DNA of 25,645 nt. Origin: Candidatus Culexmicrobium cathedralense (lineage in GTDB: Archaea; Thermoproteota; Methanomethylicia; Culexarchaeales; Culexmicrobiaceae). The position numbers and the translations under genes are program-made. The DNA is taken from the NCBI GenBank assembly GCA_025061115.1, contig JANZKC010000006.1, positions 1-25,645 of the forward strand, in the 5' to 3' direction. Shown piece after piece: positions 15,541 through 25,064 of the stretch; within the stretch, counting starts at the first letter, position 1, and each line of letters begins with the position of its first letter. The notes beneath the pieces were generated by a model. It was not told the DNA's origin. It saw only the letters and a program-made list of their open reading frames with translations, and did not search any database.

Positions 15541-16846
15541 AAAGCCATCTTCAATCAAGAAGAAATATCATGCAAAGACTTTGTCAGATGACGGCATATA
15601 CCTTAATTGGATTAGAAGCCTAGATGTTTCACCTATGTTTGCTGATTACGTCTGGCTCAACATTAGTGCATTTGACTTGGCTCAACTGGGGTTAGGTCTC
15701 ATCTACGATATTGCTCCAATTGACTTTGAGCCGTACAATATTGACTTCAACTTCGTTCAGCCATCAATAGATGAGCTTATGCAGGGCATATGGGTTAAAT
15801 TTGAGCGCAAAAAGCTTGAAGAAGAGTACGAGTGGATGCTCGACACAGACTTATATGTTTCAGAAAACTTTGTTCCAGACTATGTAGGCTCCGTAGAATC
15901 TTCAAGGCTTAGAAAAGGAGTTTACGGCAAAACTAAGTACGGCAGGTCGTACTTCGATCCGCTTCTGATGCGTGAATTTCTGAGAGCAACCATTATGAGG
16001 GCAAGGCTGCTGAGGACACCTGACATTTCATATAAGCAATTTCTCGAGCAGATTAAGGAGATACTTGACCTATCTAAAATTGAGGATAAGCACCTTTACA
16101 ACAGGCTCATGCTTCTGTTTTCAGCTCAGAAGCACGCATTCATACTTGGACTTTCAATTCTAGGATACAGCTTCCTAACTAAAACTGAAGGTGACTGCGC
16201 AGTTATACCATTCATGGATGCAGACGGCAACATCTATGACGTGAAGTTTAGGACTCTAGACCAACTGCTATTCGGCTTCATATTAGGCGTAACTCCACTT
16301 GGAAGAGGCATGCTAATGCCTAAAAACTCGATTTTCAAGATGGAAGACGGAAAGAAGAACCCGCCAATGTTAAGGGCATTGCTGAGCAAGATTAGAAGCA
16401 TAATTTCAAAAATCTCATTGACAGCGTGGGCGTACGGCAACTACAACCGCCCAGAAGAAATGACTAAGGCTCACGCAAGTGAGCGCATGGAGCAGTACGA
16501 CATGCTTCAATGGCAGAGAAGGCTTATTGAGCAGTGGGTTAGAAGGCAGATTCCACCAGAAGAGGCAAACCCAGTTAAAATAAGGCAGTATCAAAACGCA
16601 ATTCTGCAGTACTATGGATGGAAGGCTAAGCGCCACAAGTGGGGCTTTAATGCGTGGAAGTACGCTACGGACGATGAATTCTACAGTTGGTGGATTGAAC
16701 ATTGGACTGCACAAGGTTTAAATAGACAAGTGCTAACAAAACTATTTGAGGGAGCGAAGAAATGGCTACCCAGTTTAATCCAGCAAAAACTTCGTCTCGG
16801 AGAAAGAGTAAGAAGGTCAAGGCTCCGACTAGCCCTGAGCAGATAG
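15524..16846 (+). CDS. Probable minor virion protein
   Basis: 440-aa aromatic-rich ORF in the structural operon with an internal FILG repeat. Function inferred from position and size only. Confidence 0.55.
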   Translation: MPIAPKKPSSIKKKYHAKTLSDDGIYLNWIRSLDVSPMFADYVWLNISAFDLAQLGLGLIYDIAPIDFEPYNIDFNFVQPSIDELMQGIWVKFERKKLEEEYEWMLDTDLYVSENFVPDYVGSVESSRLRKGVYGKTKYGRSYFDPLLMREFLRATIMRARLLRTPDISYKQFLEQIKEILDLSKIEDKHLYNRLMLLFSAQKHAFILGLSILGYSFLTKTEGDCAVIPFMDADGNIYDVKFRTLDQLLFGFILGVTPLGRGMLMPKNSIFKMEDGKKNPPMLRALLSKIRSIISKISLTAWAYGNYNRPEEMTKAHASERMEQYDMLQWQRRLIEQWVRRQIPPEEANPVKIRQYQNAILQYYGWKAKRHKWGFNAWKYATDDEFYSWWIEHWTAQGLNRQVLTKLFEGAKKWLPSLIQQKLRLGERVRRSRLRLALSR

Positions 16847-17076
16847 CCCCTGCGCCAGTTCCAGAAGAGATGAGAGATGAATTAACTGCTTTAATGCAGG
16901 AGCTGCTCATGAAGTGCCATGAACTCTCCTTTGAATATTCAACTTTAGACTGCGAGCAGGTGATGGAATGCCCATTAGGGAAGAAGTGCAAGGAGCTATT
17001 CAAAACCGTGAAGAAACTCAACAATCTAGTTAGAAGCTTTGCAGCGCCGCCAGCGAAACCAACATATGTAAGGTAA
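16762..17076 (+). CDS. Small protein with Cys cluster
   Basis: CEQVMECPLGKKC. The 5' end overlaps the previous gene by 85 bp, so the start is uncertain. Confidence 0.6.
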   Translation: MATQFNPAKTSSRRKSKKVKAPTSPEQIAPAPVPEEMRDELTALMQELLMKCHELSFEYSTLDCEQVMECPLGKKCKELFKTVKKLNNLVRSFAAPPAKPTYVR

Positions 17077-17092
17077 ATGCATATTTTTACAT

Positions 17093-17368
17093 ATGAGCAG
17101 CGTAAGTCTAATCATCCCCCCTTTTTCAGTTCAAGTTGACGACTGCACAGTTGAAGTTCTAGAAGTGAAAAAGCACGAGTTAATCTCAGGGGAAAAATTC
17201 TACTCAGTGGCAGTCAGATTCAACTATAAAGGCATAAAAAGCAAAATAGTCAACCTAACAGTCAAAGACGAAAAAGATTTGCAGAGAAAGCTGAAAATAG
17301 AAGTGTCAAAGATAAAATTTTTAGAAATGACTTATGGTATTAATTATGTGAAAGGTGTGCTTACATGA
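17093..17368 (+). CDS. Hypothetical protein
   Basis: 91 aa. ATGA overlap with the 1472-aa gene. Confidence 0.7.
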   Translation: MSSVSLIIPPFSVQVDDCTVEVLEVKKHELISGEKFYSVAVRFNYKGIKSKIVNLTVKDEKDLQRKLKIEVSKIKFLEMTYGINYVKGVLT

Positions 17369-20300
17369 GTAATCTGGAGCAGGAAGCCCTAATGCTCAAT
17401 CCAGAAGATATTGAGAAGCTAAGCAGAATACTGGCTGAAGCACTTGCCAATCAAATAGCTGAGCAGCCCGAAGCACTTCAAGCCATATTCTACCTTGAAT
17501 ATAGTGAAGTAGTTATCATCGATGTTGATGAGATTACACATGTAGTAAACCTAGACTTGATAGCTTCATCAACGCTTGGATTGCTCGATCCTTTGGGGCA
17601 ACTTCAAGACTGGTTCACAAACATTATAAATTCAATTGCCAGTTGGATTATTAGTGGAATTGAGACCTTCATAAATGACTATGTGCTTCCATTATTCGAT
17701 ACAGTTGCAAGCAGCATTTCATCATTCATAAGTGACTATGTGCTTCCAGCATTCGACAACCTGTTCACAAGTATATCCAGCTGGATAACTGAGTATGTTC
17801 TTCCAGCTATAACTGGAGTTTCAGAGGCAATATCGGACTTCATAACTAATAATGTTCTTCCAGCAATATCTGCGCTGGAGGCATTCCTTTCAGATTTGCT
17901 TTCTGGCACTGCGTTAAGCATCACTCAGACGCTTACAGGTGTAATTCACGGAATTTCAGTTGCAATTCAATCTGCAATTAGCGGGGCAGTCACTTCTATA
18001 ACTAGCATCGTTAACTCGATTTCCCAGTCAATAATGTCTGCAATATCAGGGGTGGTTGACGCAGTTTCATCAACTTTCCAGTCAATTATAAGTGCAATAT
18101 CAGGCGTGATTGACACTCTGTCAAGCATATTCAATTCAGTTGCGCAGTCAATAATGTCTGCAATAGGCGGAGCGATAAATGCAATTTCAGGCGTAATTTC
18201 GGGAATTGCAAACTCCATCATAGGTGCAATATCGTATATCGGTCAGAGCCTGTCAGGTCTATGGGACTTCCTAGTAAGCTCATTTCAAAACATGATTGGA
18301 ATGGTGAGCGCTGGATTCCAAGCAATATCTAATACCTTCATGGGATTCGTAAACTCAATACTTCAGCTTCCAGCACTGCTGTCAGAAACGTTCAGACCAA
18401 TAGGAGAGTGGATTTGGAGCGCACTGCCAGACTGGATCAAAACGCCAATAGAAAACATAGGTAAATTCTTCACAGAAGACTTAATAAACGCTGTAACCGC
18501 GTTTTCAGCAGGCTTACAAGAATTCATGTCAGATCCAGCAGGCTGGTTTAAAGCCAACATAGTTGAGCCAGCATTTGACTTTTTAAGCTTCTTAGGAGAA
18601 AAAGCGTCAAGCCTAATTAACTTCATAATTGATACGCTTAAAGGCGTGTGGAAAGCAGTTGAAAGTGCTTTCTCTGGCTTCATGAAATTTATAGCCAACG
18701 CTATTTCAGGCTTTCTTAAGGGCACATATGAGTCACTTGGGAAAGTTGGTGAAGGTTTTAGACCTATATTTGAAAGTGCATATAAACCAATACCAAAATC
18801 TACTGGTGAAAAAATTTCAGAGATATTCAAGCCGCTCTTTGAAAAAGCATTTAAAGACTTGGGTATTGGAACACCAGAATACCTTAAAATTGACTTTGTA
18901 ACTTCTCAGTTGGTTTGGCAATTTTCAATTGCAACAGCACTTGCATTTTCACCTTTCTGGGCGCAAATACCAATAAGATTAGTCTCATTCATACTGTATA
19001 ATGTAGGTCAATTCGTGCATGGATTGGAGCTTCCAATAAGAATTAACTTGACGCCGCTTGGAATAGGTGTGGATAAAACTTTTAATCTTGCAAAGGCAGT
19101 AGGAGCTTCTCTCAGCCACTTCTCAGCTGAGCTGAAGAAATGGGTTGATGAAGTTGGCAGAGGACTGGTTTATGGATTTTCTATATGGGCTACTCAGCCA
19201 ATTACGAAGTCATTAAACTACTTGATGAGAAACGTTATTCCAGTAGAGCTTCCACAGCTTAACGTTATTAGGGAGTTTACTAGACGTGCACTTGCACATG
19301 AAAATTATGGTGAAATTGTTAAGCTGGCATGGTACTACATGGCTCTATACGGGTACTCAGATTATGTTATAGATTTGTTCTTCAAGAAGGCGGAAGAGTA
19401 CTACATTGAAATAGAGGATAGATTCGGCAATAAGAGGATTGTTCCATTAGCATTAGTTTACAATTTGCCGTCCGCCTCAGATGTAGCCCGCATGATGGTT
19501 AGAGACATCATCATCAAAATTGAAGATTTTGAGAAGTTCTTCCTTGCAACTGGAATGCACCCACACATAGCGAAGCTATACTACTTGCTTCACTTCAGGT
19601 ATCCGTCGCCAGAAACATTGTGGAAGTTCACTATGAGGGGAGTAAGCGGATTACTGTGGGCTACAATATCCAGAGAAGAAGAAAAAGACATAGAGAGAGA
19701 TGTAAAGGCATCTGGCGGACACTATCCACTGCCGCCGTCAGCTCTAAATAAAATGGATGCATCTACATGTGGAAAACTGCTGGATGCATTTAAAAAATAC
19801 ATGAAGTGGCATGACTATGCAAGGTTCAGCTACATTCCAGACTTCCCTTCAGACAACCTAATATACATTGACACGTTAGCTGACATTCCAACTAAAATTG
19901 ACCAGAGATGGATGGTTAAGTGGGGCTTATATGAGCTTTTAAGTGAAAAAGGCGTTTCATATAAATCTCCAATCCAACACTTTGTTGCAAAGATAGTTGA
20001 AGATAATCCAGCTTCAGAAGTAAAGATGGATTTAACTAACTTTTCAAGGACACTTCAAGCAACGGGATTGCATCCATACTGGATTCCAGTAACCGCCGTA
20101 GCTGAAGCCATGAATGCACTGTCAGAAGAAAGAACTTATCTGAGGACTGGAGTCATAAATCTCTTCAAAGAAGGCTTCATTTCAAGGGATACTTTGAAGA
20201 GTGTGTTTGCTGGAGCCTTCAAAGTATCATTTAAAGTCGCCTACTTCGATGTAAGTGATTACACGTGGAAGACTGGATACGTTAACCTGCCAGTAATGTA

Positions 20301-21783
20301 CCTTCCAGCTGAGCGTGAATTATTGGCTTTGAGGGCAGACATGGATAGAGTTCTAGATATACTCAGGGAAATACAGAGAGATGTCAGTCAAGCATATCAA
20401 GAAGCAATAATTCCAGATTATGAGAAGTACAAGGAGAGGCTTACACAAGTAATTGAAAACATTAAAGATTTAGCTCCACCAAACGTTAAAATTGAATTTA
20501 TTGAGAAATACTATAAGCCATACGTTAAAGCACTTGAAATATACAGGGAAGTCTATACTGTTAGGAGAATACGCAGCTGGACTATGAGGTGGCTTGGCTG
20601 GATAATGTATCGTGTAGCAACTGGACTGGTAACTGAAAAGGAGCTTTCAAGCCTCGTTAATACATTAGCCTATTACTCAAAGCTAACTAAAACTGAATTG
20701 AAATTCTTCAGCGAAGTATTATCAGTTATGAGGGGAATTGCAGCTAGGGAGTACCTTCCAACTCCATCTCAGCTAGCCACTCTGTCAGAATACCTTGTCA
20801 TTTCAAGTGAGCTGATAGATACGTGCCTCAAAGTTAAAATGGTGCCAGACGAGTGGAAGCCCCTATGGAAGCAGTACATTAGAATTAGACCTGTTGCAGA
20901 TGACATTAAAAGCCTGCTGTCAACTTACCGTAGAGCACTTCTATATGTAACTATTCCAAAGGATATTGAAAAGCAGATAATGAACTATGCAAAGCTAATT
21001 AATTTTGGAAAAGAAGAGCTTGAAATACTAAACTTAAGAGTATCACTTGAAGAGCTAATTCAGAACAGCAGGGAATACATACCTACACCATACTCGCTAG
21101 CCACTCTCTGCGAATACCTGCCAGAAGCCAGAAAGTTCTTCAATCAAGTAATGGAAGCTAAGAGGGTTCCAAAGGAGTGGCGCCCGCTGTGGGCTAAGTA
21201 CATTGATATTAAACCGCTAGTAGATGACATTAAAAAGTACCTAAGTAGAGCTGAAAACCTGTACGCAAGATTCATGATTACAAAAGAAGCCTTTCAGGAA
21301 GTGCTCGACGAAGTAGCTGAGTACTTAGGCTACACTTCTAAAGAAATCGAATTTCTAATGAAGGTGACGGAGTTTGAGAGAGCTAGAAACGCATGGACAG
21401 AGCTTATAGGCACAGTTGAGAGGCTCGTATCTCTAAGCGAATACTCGCCGACAGCAACAAAATATGCGTTAGGTAAACTTAAAGCCATGATAAACTCGCT
21501 GCCGCTTCCAGACCAAGATAAGCAGGAGCTGTACAAGATGTGGGAGGAATACATTAGAAACAGACCAATCAAATCTGAAGCTAGAATGTACATTACCCAG
21601 CTAATAAACCTATACATAGATGACTTAATTACAACTGCAGACTTTGAAAGGGAGCTTCAGGGAATGAAGAAATGGGGGTTCTCAGACAATGAAATAATGT
21701 TTTACAAGGCTATAGCGGCACTTAGAAAAGCTAGAAAGCTGAGAATACCCATAACATATCCAGAGGAAGAGCAGGCAGGCTGA
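17365..21783 (+). CDS. Large virion structural protein (probable terminal fibre/end structure)
   Basis: 1472 aa with N-terminal amphipathic 19-aa and 18/22-aa repeats and C-terminal 108-aa repeats. Largest gene of the structural operon. Confidence 0.65.
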   Translation: MSNLEQEALMLNPEDIEKLSRILAEALANQIAEQPEALQAIFYLEYSEVVIIDVDEITHVVNLDLIASSTLGLLDPLGQLQDWFTNIINSIASWIISGIETFINDYVLPLFDTVASSISSFISDYVLPAFDNLFTSISSWITEYVLPAITGVSEAISDFITNNVLPAISALEAFLSDLLSGTALSITQTLTGVIHGISVAIQSAISGAVTSITSIVNSISQSIMSAISGVVDAVSSTFQSIISAISGVIDTLSSIFNSVAQSIMSAIGGAINAISGVISGIANSIIGAISYIGQSLSGLWDFLVSSFQNMIGMVSAGFQAISNTFMGFVNSILQLPALLSETFRPIGEWIWSALPDWIKTPIENIGKFFTEDLINAVTAFSAGLQEFMSDPAGWFKANIVEPAFDFLSFLGEKASSLINFIIDTLKGVWKAVESAFSGFMKFIANAISGFLKGTYESLGKVGEGFRPIFESAYKPIPKSTGEKISEIFKPLFEKAFKDLGIGTPEYLKIDFVTSQLVWQFSIATALAFSPFWAQIPIRLVSFILYNVGQFVHGLELPIRINLTPLGIGVDKTFNLAKAVGASLSHFSAELKKWVDEVGRGLVYGFSIWATQPITKSLNYLMRNVIPVELPQLNVIREFTRRALAHENYGEIVKLAWYYMALYGYSDYVIDLFFKKAEEYYIEIEDRFGNKRIVPLALVYNLPSASDVARMMVRDIIIKIEDFEKFFLATGMHPHIAKLYYLLHFRYPSPETLWKFTMRGVSGLLWATISREEEKDIERDVKASGGHYPLPPSALNKMDASTCGKLLDAFKKYMKWHDYARFSYIPDFPSDNLIYIDTLADIPTKIDQRWMVKWGLYELLSEKGVSYKSPIQHFVAKIVEDNPASEVKMDLTNFSRTLQATGLHPYWIPVTAVAEAMNALSEERTYLRTGVINLFKEGFISRDTLKSVFAGAFKVSFKVAYFDVSDYTWKTGYVNLPVMYLPAERELLALRADMDRVLDILREIQRDVSQAYQEAIIPDYEKYKERLTQVIENIKDLAPPNVKIEFIEKYYKPYVKALEIYREVYTVRRIRSWTMRWLGWIMYRVATGLVTEKELSSLVNTLAYYSKLTKTELKFFSEVLSVMRGIAAREYLPTPSQLATLSEYLVISSELIDTCLKVKMVPDEWKPLWKQYIRIRPVADDIKSLLSTYRRALLYVTIPKDIEKQIMNYAKLINFGKEELEILNLRVSLEELIQNSREYIPTPYSLATLCEYLPEARKFFNQVMEAKRVPKEWRPLWAKYIDIKPLVDDIKKYLSRAENLYARFMITKEAFQEVLDEVAEYLGYTSKEIEFLMKVTEFERARNAWTELIGTVERLVSLSEYSPTATKYALGKLKAMINSLPLPDQDKQELYKMWEEYIRNRPIKSEARMYITQLINLYIDDLITTADFERELQGMKKWGFSDNEIMFYKAIAALRKARKLRIPITYPEEEQAG

Positions 21784-21788
21784 TGTAA

Positions 21789-22112
21789 ATGTCAAGGTGG
21801 GGGTTAGGGTATAAGTCAGTTGAGTTTCTAACACCTGAAGAGTGGAACTTAGTGATTGACGCACTGCAGGACTTGGATGAGAGGATAAAGTGCGGCTTAG
21901 CAGAATTCACAGGCGACGGCACAACCACTAGCTTCCAAATTGCACATGGAGTTGGAGCTACACCTACATGTGTAATTGTCGGGAAGGGTGCAGCGGATCT
22001 TCCAGACATAGATTACTGGACTGCCGATGAAACCAATATAACTGTGTTCTTTAAGTCTGCACCTGCATCTGGAGCTGAAGTTAAGATTTGGTGGGTTGCC
22101 TTGAAGTGGTAG
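21789..22112 (+). CDS. Small fibre/adhesin-like beta-domain protein
   Basis: GDGTTTSFQIAHGVGATP...NITVFF.SAP..G motif typical of viral fibre accessory domains. Confidence 0.6.
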   Translation: MSRWGLGYKSVEFLTPEEWNLVIDALQDLDERIKCGLAEFTGDGTTTSFQIAHGVGATPTCVIVGKGAADLPDIDYWTADETNITVFFKSAPASGAEVKIWWVALKW

Positions 22113-22119
22113 ATGAGCC

Positions 22120-23157
22120 TTGAGGTACATCTTCTATGCATACCCGCTATTCAAGAAGGTCAGCTTCGCATTTATTGCTGAGAAGCACGTTAAGCAGCTT
22201 AGAAGGTATTTTAAAGTGGAGCTGATTGATGAAAACGCCATCCCTTTTCTGCACGGAATTTTTAAGCCATTCGTATTGCTGCAGCCATTCTTCTATCCAT
22301 TTCAGAATTATGAAAAAATTCTTAGCAGGCGGGTTTACAGGTGGCGTGGACTTATTGGCATTGACGTTGCAGATTCAAATAGGATTAGCAGATATGCGGT
22401 TAGACTAACTGAGTATGCTACTGCAATGATTGTCCCATCAAACTATTCTAGGAATGCTTACGTCCGCTCTGGTGTAAAAAAGCCAGTTTACGTCATTCCG
22501 CATGGAGTTGACTTAGAATACATAGATGCACCTAAAAGCCAGCCCAACAGCTTCAAAATACTGGACGACTTAAAGAAGAGCAGGAAACTGAAAATTCTAG
22601 TGAGCTTCATAGTGCACAGCGAATACAGAAAGGGGCTAGATCTTCTCTATGAAATTTATAATAGGCTTAGAAGAGAAAGAAAAGACGTTGCACTAGTAAT
22701 AAAGGACTTGCATGGAGTTAAATTAATTCTAGATAGTGAAATGCGGATTTACAATGGATGGCTGTCAGAGCAGGACAAAATGGAGCTATTCGACCTGTCA
22801 GACCTATACCTACTAACAAGCAGAGGCGGCGGCTTTGAACATCCAGCTCTAGAAGCAATAGCACGTGGAGTTCCAGCCATTGGAGCTGAAGGCGGGGCAT
22901 GGGAAGATTACATGTGTAATTGGATGCTTGTCCCATCAAAACCTAGTGGAGAAGTTCTGGCTGGAAATCCAATCCATATGGGTATAGGTGTTGAAATGCT
23001 GGTGGATAAGGCAGTCGATAGAGTTCATGACATTCTAAACAACCTAGATGAATATAAGGCTAAGACAAGGGAATATGCAAACACGGTGATTAAAGAGAAA
23101 TTCACATGGACAAGAGTAGGTTTATTATTGAAAAAAGTAGTTGAACGTCATATATAG
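22120..23157 (+). CDS. GT-B/GT4 glycosyltransferase
   Basis: VIPHGVD, RKGLD and SRGGGFEHPALEA motifs. Confidence 0.9.
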   Translation: MRYIFYAYPLFKKVSFAFIAEKHVKQLRRYFKVELIDENAIPFLHGIFKPFVLLQPFFYPFQNYEKILSRRVYRWRGLIGIDVADSNRISRYAVRLTEYATAMIVPSNYSRNAYVRSGVKKPVYVIPHGVDLEYIDAPKSQPNSFKILDDLKKSRKLKILVSFIVHSEYRKGLDLLYEIYNRLRRERKDVALVIKDLHGVKLILDSEMRIYNGWLSEQDKMELFDLSDLYLLTSRGGGFEHPALEAIARGVPAIGAEGGAWEDYMCNWMLVPSKPSGEVLAGNPIHMGIGVEMLVDKAVDRVHDILNNLDEYKAKTREYANTVIKEKFTWTRVGLLLKKVVERHI

Positions 23158-23176
23158 GATGTGAAAGGGGATTGTT

Positions 23177-23797
23177 ATGGGTAATCTTTTCGTCTGCACG
23201 ACAGTTGGAGTAACAAGATACCTTCATGAATGGCTGGAAGGCGTAAAGCTTCTAAAACCTTCAATCATAGTTATAGCCAGAGATTTAGATAGAAGCGAAC
23301 CATTAGAAGCATCTGAACAATACCACATAATAACTTACAGAACATATAAAGCATGGAAAGGATATGAGTTAAGGCATCTGGGTTATGAAAGCGATTACTC
23401 AATAGGATTAGGAATAGTTAAGCTAATGGAGTTCTTCCTCTCAAGAAATGAAACGCACTTCATACATATTGATTCAGACGTAATAATCACAGAGACATGC
23501 GCAAGAAAAGTCTATCCATTAACGTGGGATAACCTAACAATAGTTACACCAGTAATACCAAGAGACAAAATGAATGATCCAAATGCCAAGCCAATGTGGT
23601 TCTGGGATTCAACAAACTTCGGTTTAAGAAGAGACTTACTGGAAAGAATGTTTAATAGCATAAAGCAGATATTAAATGATCCACATCCAATAGACATTAA
23701 AATACATAATGTAATACGAATGTTCAAGCCTACAAGTTACAGAGAAGTGAGGGAAGGCGTCTATCACTATATAAGGGGAGTAAAAACACCTTTGTAA
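23177..23797 (+). CDS. Putative GT-A fold glycosyltransferase
   Basis: HFIHIDSDV (DxD after a hydrophobic strand). Sits between the GT4 and methyltransferase genes. Confidence 0.6.
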   Translation: MGNLFVCTTVGVTRYLHEWLEGVKLLKPSIIVIARDLDRSEPLEASEQYHIITYRTYKAWKGYELRHLGYESDYSIGLGIVKLMEFFLSRNETHFIHIDSDVIITETCARKVYPLTWDNLTIVTPVIPRDKMNDPNAKPMWFWDSTNFGLRRDLLERMFNSIKQILNDPHPIDIKIHNVIRMFKPTSYREVREGVYHYIRGVKTPL

Positions 23798-23809
23798 TGG
23801 TGAGTAGGC

Positions 23810-24655
23810 TTGTCTGAACAAATATATGTAAGTTGGGATAGGTTGAAATGGTTCAAGCATAATAGAGGAACGTGCCCTAGAGAGAAAAATGTTCTAAAAA
23901 CAATACTAAGCCTAACAAATAAAAACTCAATTTTTGTTGATATAGGCGCACACATAGGATTCTACACAGTCAGATTAGCATTAAAATGCAAGCATGTTCA
24001 TGCAATTGAACCTAACCCAGAAAGCGCCTATATTCTTAGAAGAAACATTGAACTCAACAACATAAAGAATGTTACCGTTCATCAATGTGCATGCGGAAGA
24101 ACACACTCCAAAGCAAAAATATATGTTGCCGATACATGCACCACGCTAATTCCTAGAACAGGCAGAAAAACAATTGAAGTTGACGTTAAACCATTAGATT
24201 CATTAGTAAACTACTGCGATGTCGTTAAAATCGATGTAGAAGGATTTGAGGAGGAAGTTCTACTGGGAGCTGAAAACCTAATTACACATGTAAAACCAAT
24301 ATGGGTAATTGAACATCACGATAAAGGCTTAGGCATTCAATACTATCCAGAAACAAAGGGTATGAGTGAAAGAATAAGAAAGATACTTTCAGACTATATT
24401 AAAATAACATTTGATGAAGGAAGGTCGGCGTATATTCATAAAGCAAAGATAAATCAAGTTCCAGAACATGCCTTAAGAAGACTAATTACATTAGGTGTTC
24501 ATCATCATGTTTTAACTAACATAATTGAGGGCAGAGCATGGTATCATGGCTTACCATATTCATGGTGGTATGGTTTAAGTTTACTTGACTTCATGGAAGA
24601 AGTATATGAGCATGTAATTGAAGAACCAGAATGGATCAAAATAGTTGACAAATAA
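23810..24655 (+). CDS. FkbM-family SAM-dependent methyltransferase
   Basis: FVDIGAHIG, AIEPNP and VKIDVEGFE motifs. Confidence 0.9.
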   Translation: MSEQIYVSWDRLKWFKHNRGTCPREKNVLKTILSLTNKNSIFVDIGAHIGFYTVRLALKCKHVHAIEPNPESAYILRRNIELNNIKNVTVHQCACGRTHSKAKIYVADTCTTLIPRTGRKTIEVDVKPLDSLVNYCDVVKIDVEGFEEEVLLGAENLITHVKPIWVIEHHDKGLGIQYYPETKGMSERIRKILSDYIKITFDEGRSAYIHKAKINQVPEHALRRLITLGVHHHVLTNIIEGRAWYHGLPYSWWYGLSLLDFMEEVYEHVIEEPEWIKIVDK

Positions 24656-24680
24656 GCATTGCTTAAGTGGTAAGGCTTGT

Positions 24681-25055
24681 TTAAAGTCTTGATTCAATTA
24701 ATTTTAGTGCTACGTCAACTGGCTTCATGGTGTCAATTAAATTGTTGTGGGCGCTTGGAGTTATGATGTCTCCACTCTTATAATCTATGAGCCACACTTG
24801 CCTCGTAACGGCGGTATTAATTAGATTTTCAACTTCGGGAATGACTTCACCAGTTTTCTCCTTATACATTTCATACAGCTTAGTTAATGCTTCAACCGCA
24901 TCTTTCACAAATTTATTGATGTAGTTTACATCCTCTTTTTGAACGGGATCTCCATCCTTCACAGTCCTCATTTTACTTAGTAAGTCTTCCATTTCAGCTA
25001 TTATCTCATCAAGAGTCCTCTCAGACATATTCAAGCACCAACAATATTTAAGCAA
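24681..25055 (-). CDS. Hypothetical helical, probably structural protein
   Basis: Two GD.h...hN motifs. Likely start is MSERTL at 25028. Confidence 0.65.
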   Translation of the reverse strand: MLKYCWCLNMSERTLDEIIAEMEDLLSKMRTVKDGDPVQKEDVNYINKFVKDAVEALTKLYEMYKEKTGEVIPEVENLINTAVTRQVWLIDYKSGDIITPSAHNNLIDTMKPVDVALKLIESRL

Positions 25056-25064
25056 GCTGATATA

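Noticed and set aside
17365-21783. Tape measure protein of a tailed virus
   Set aside because: No terminase, portal, HK97 capsid or tail genes seen, and the capsid is SIRV2-type.
1186-23955. Many short minus-strand ORFs inside long plus-strand genes (e.g. 1186, 3195, 4160, 8559, 16234, 17967, 18363, 21330, 23512)
   Set aside because: They overlap well-supported genes on the opposite strand and lack recognisable motifs.
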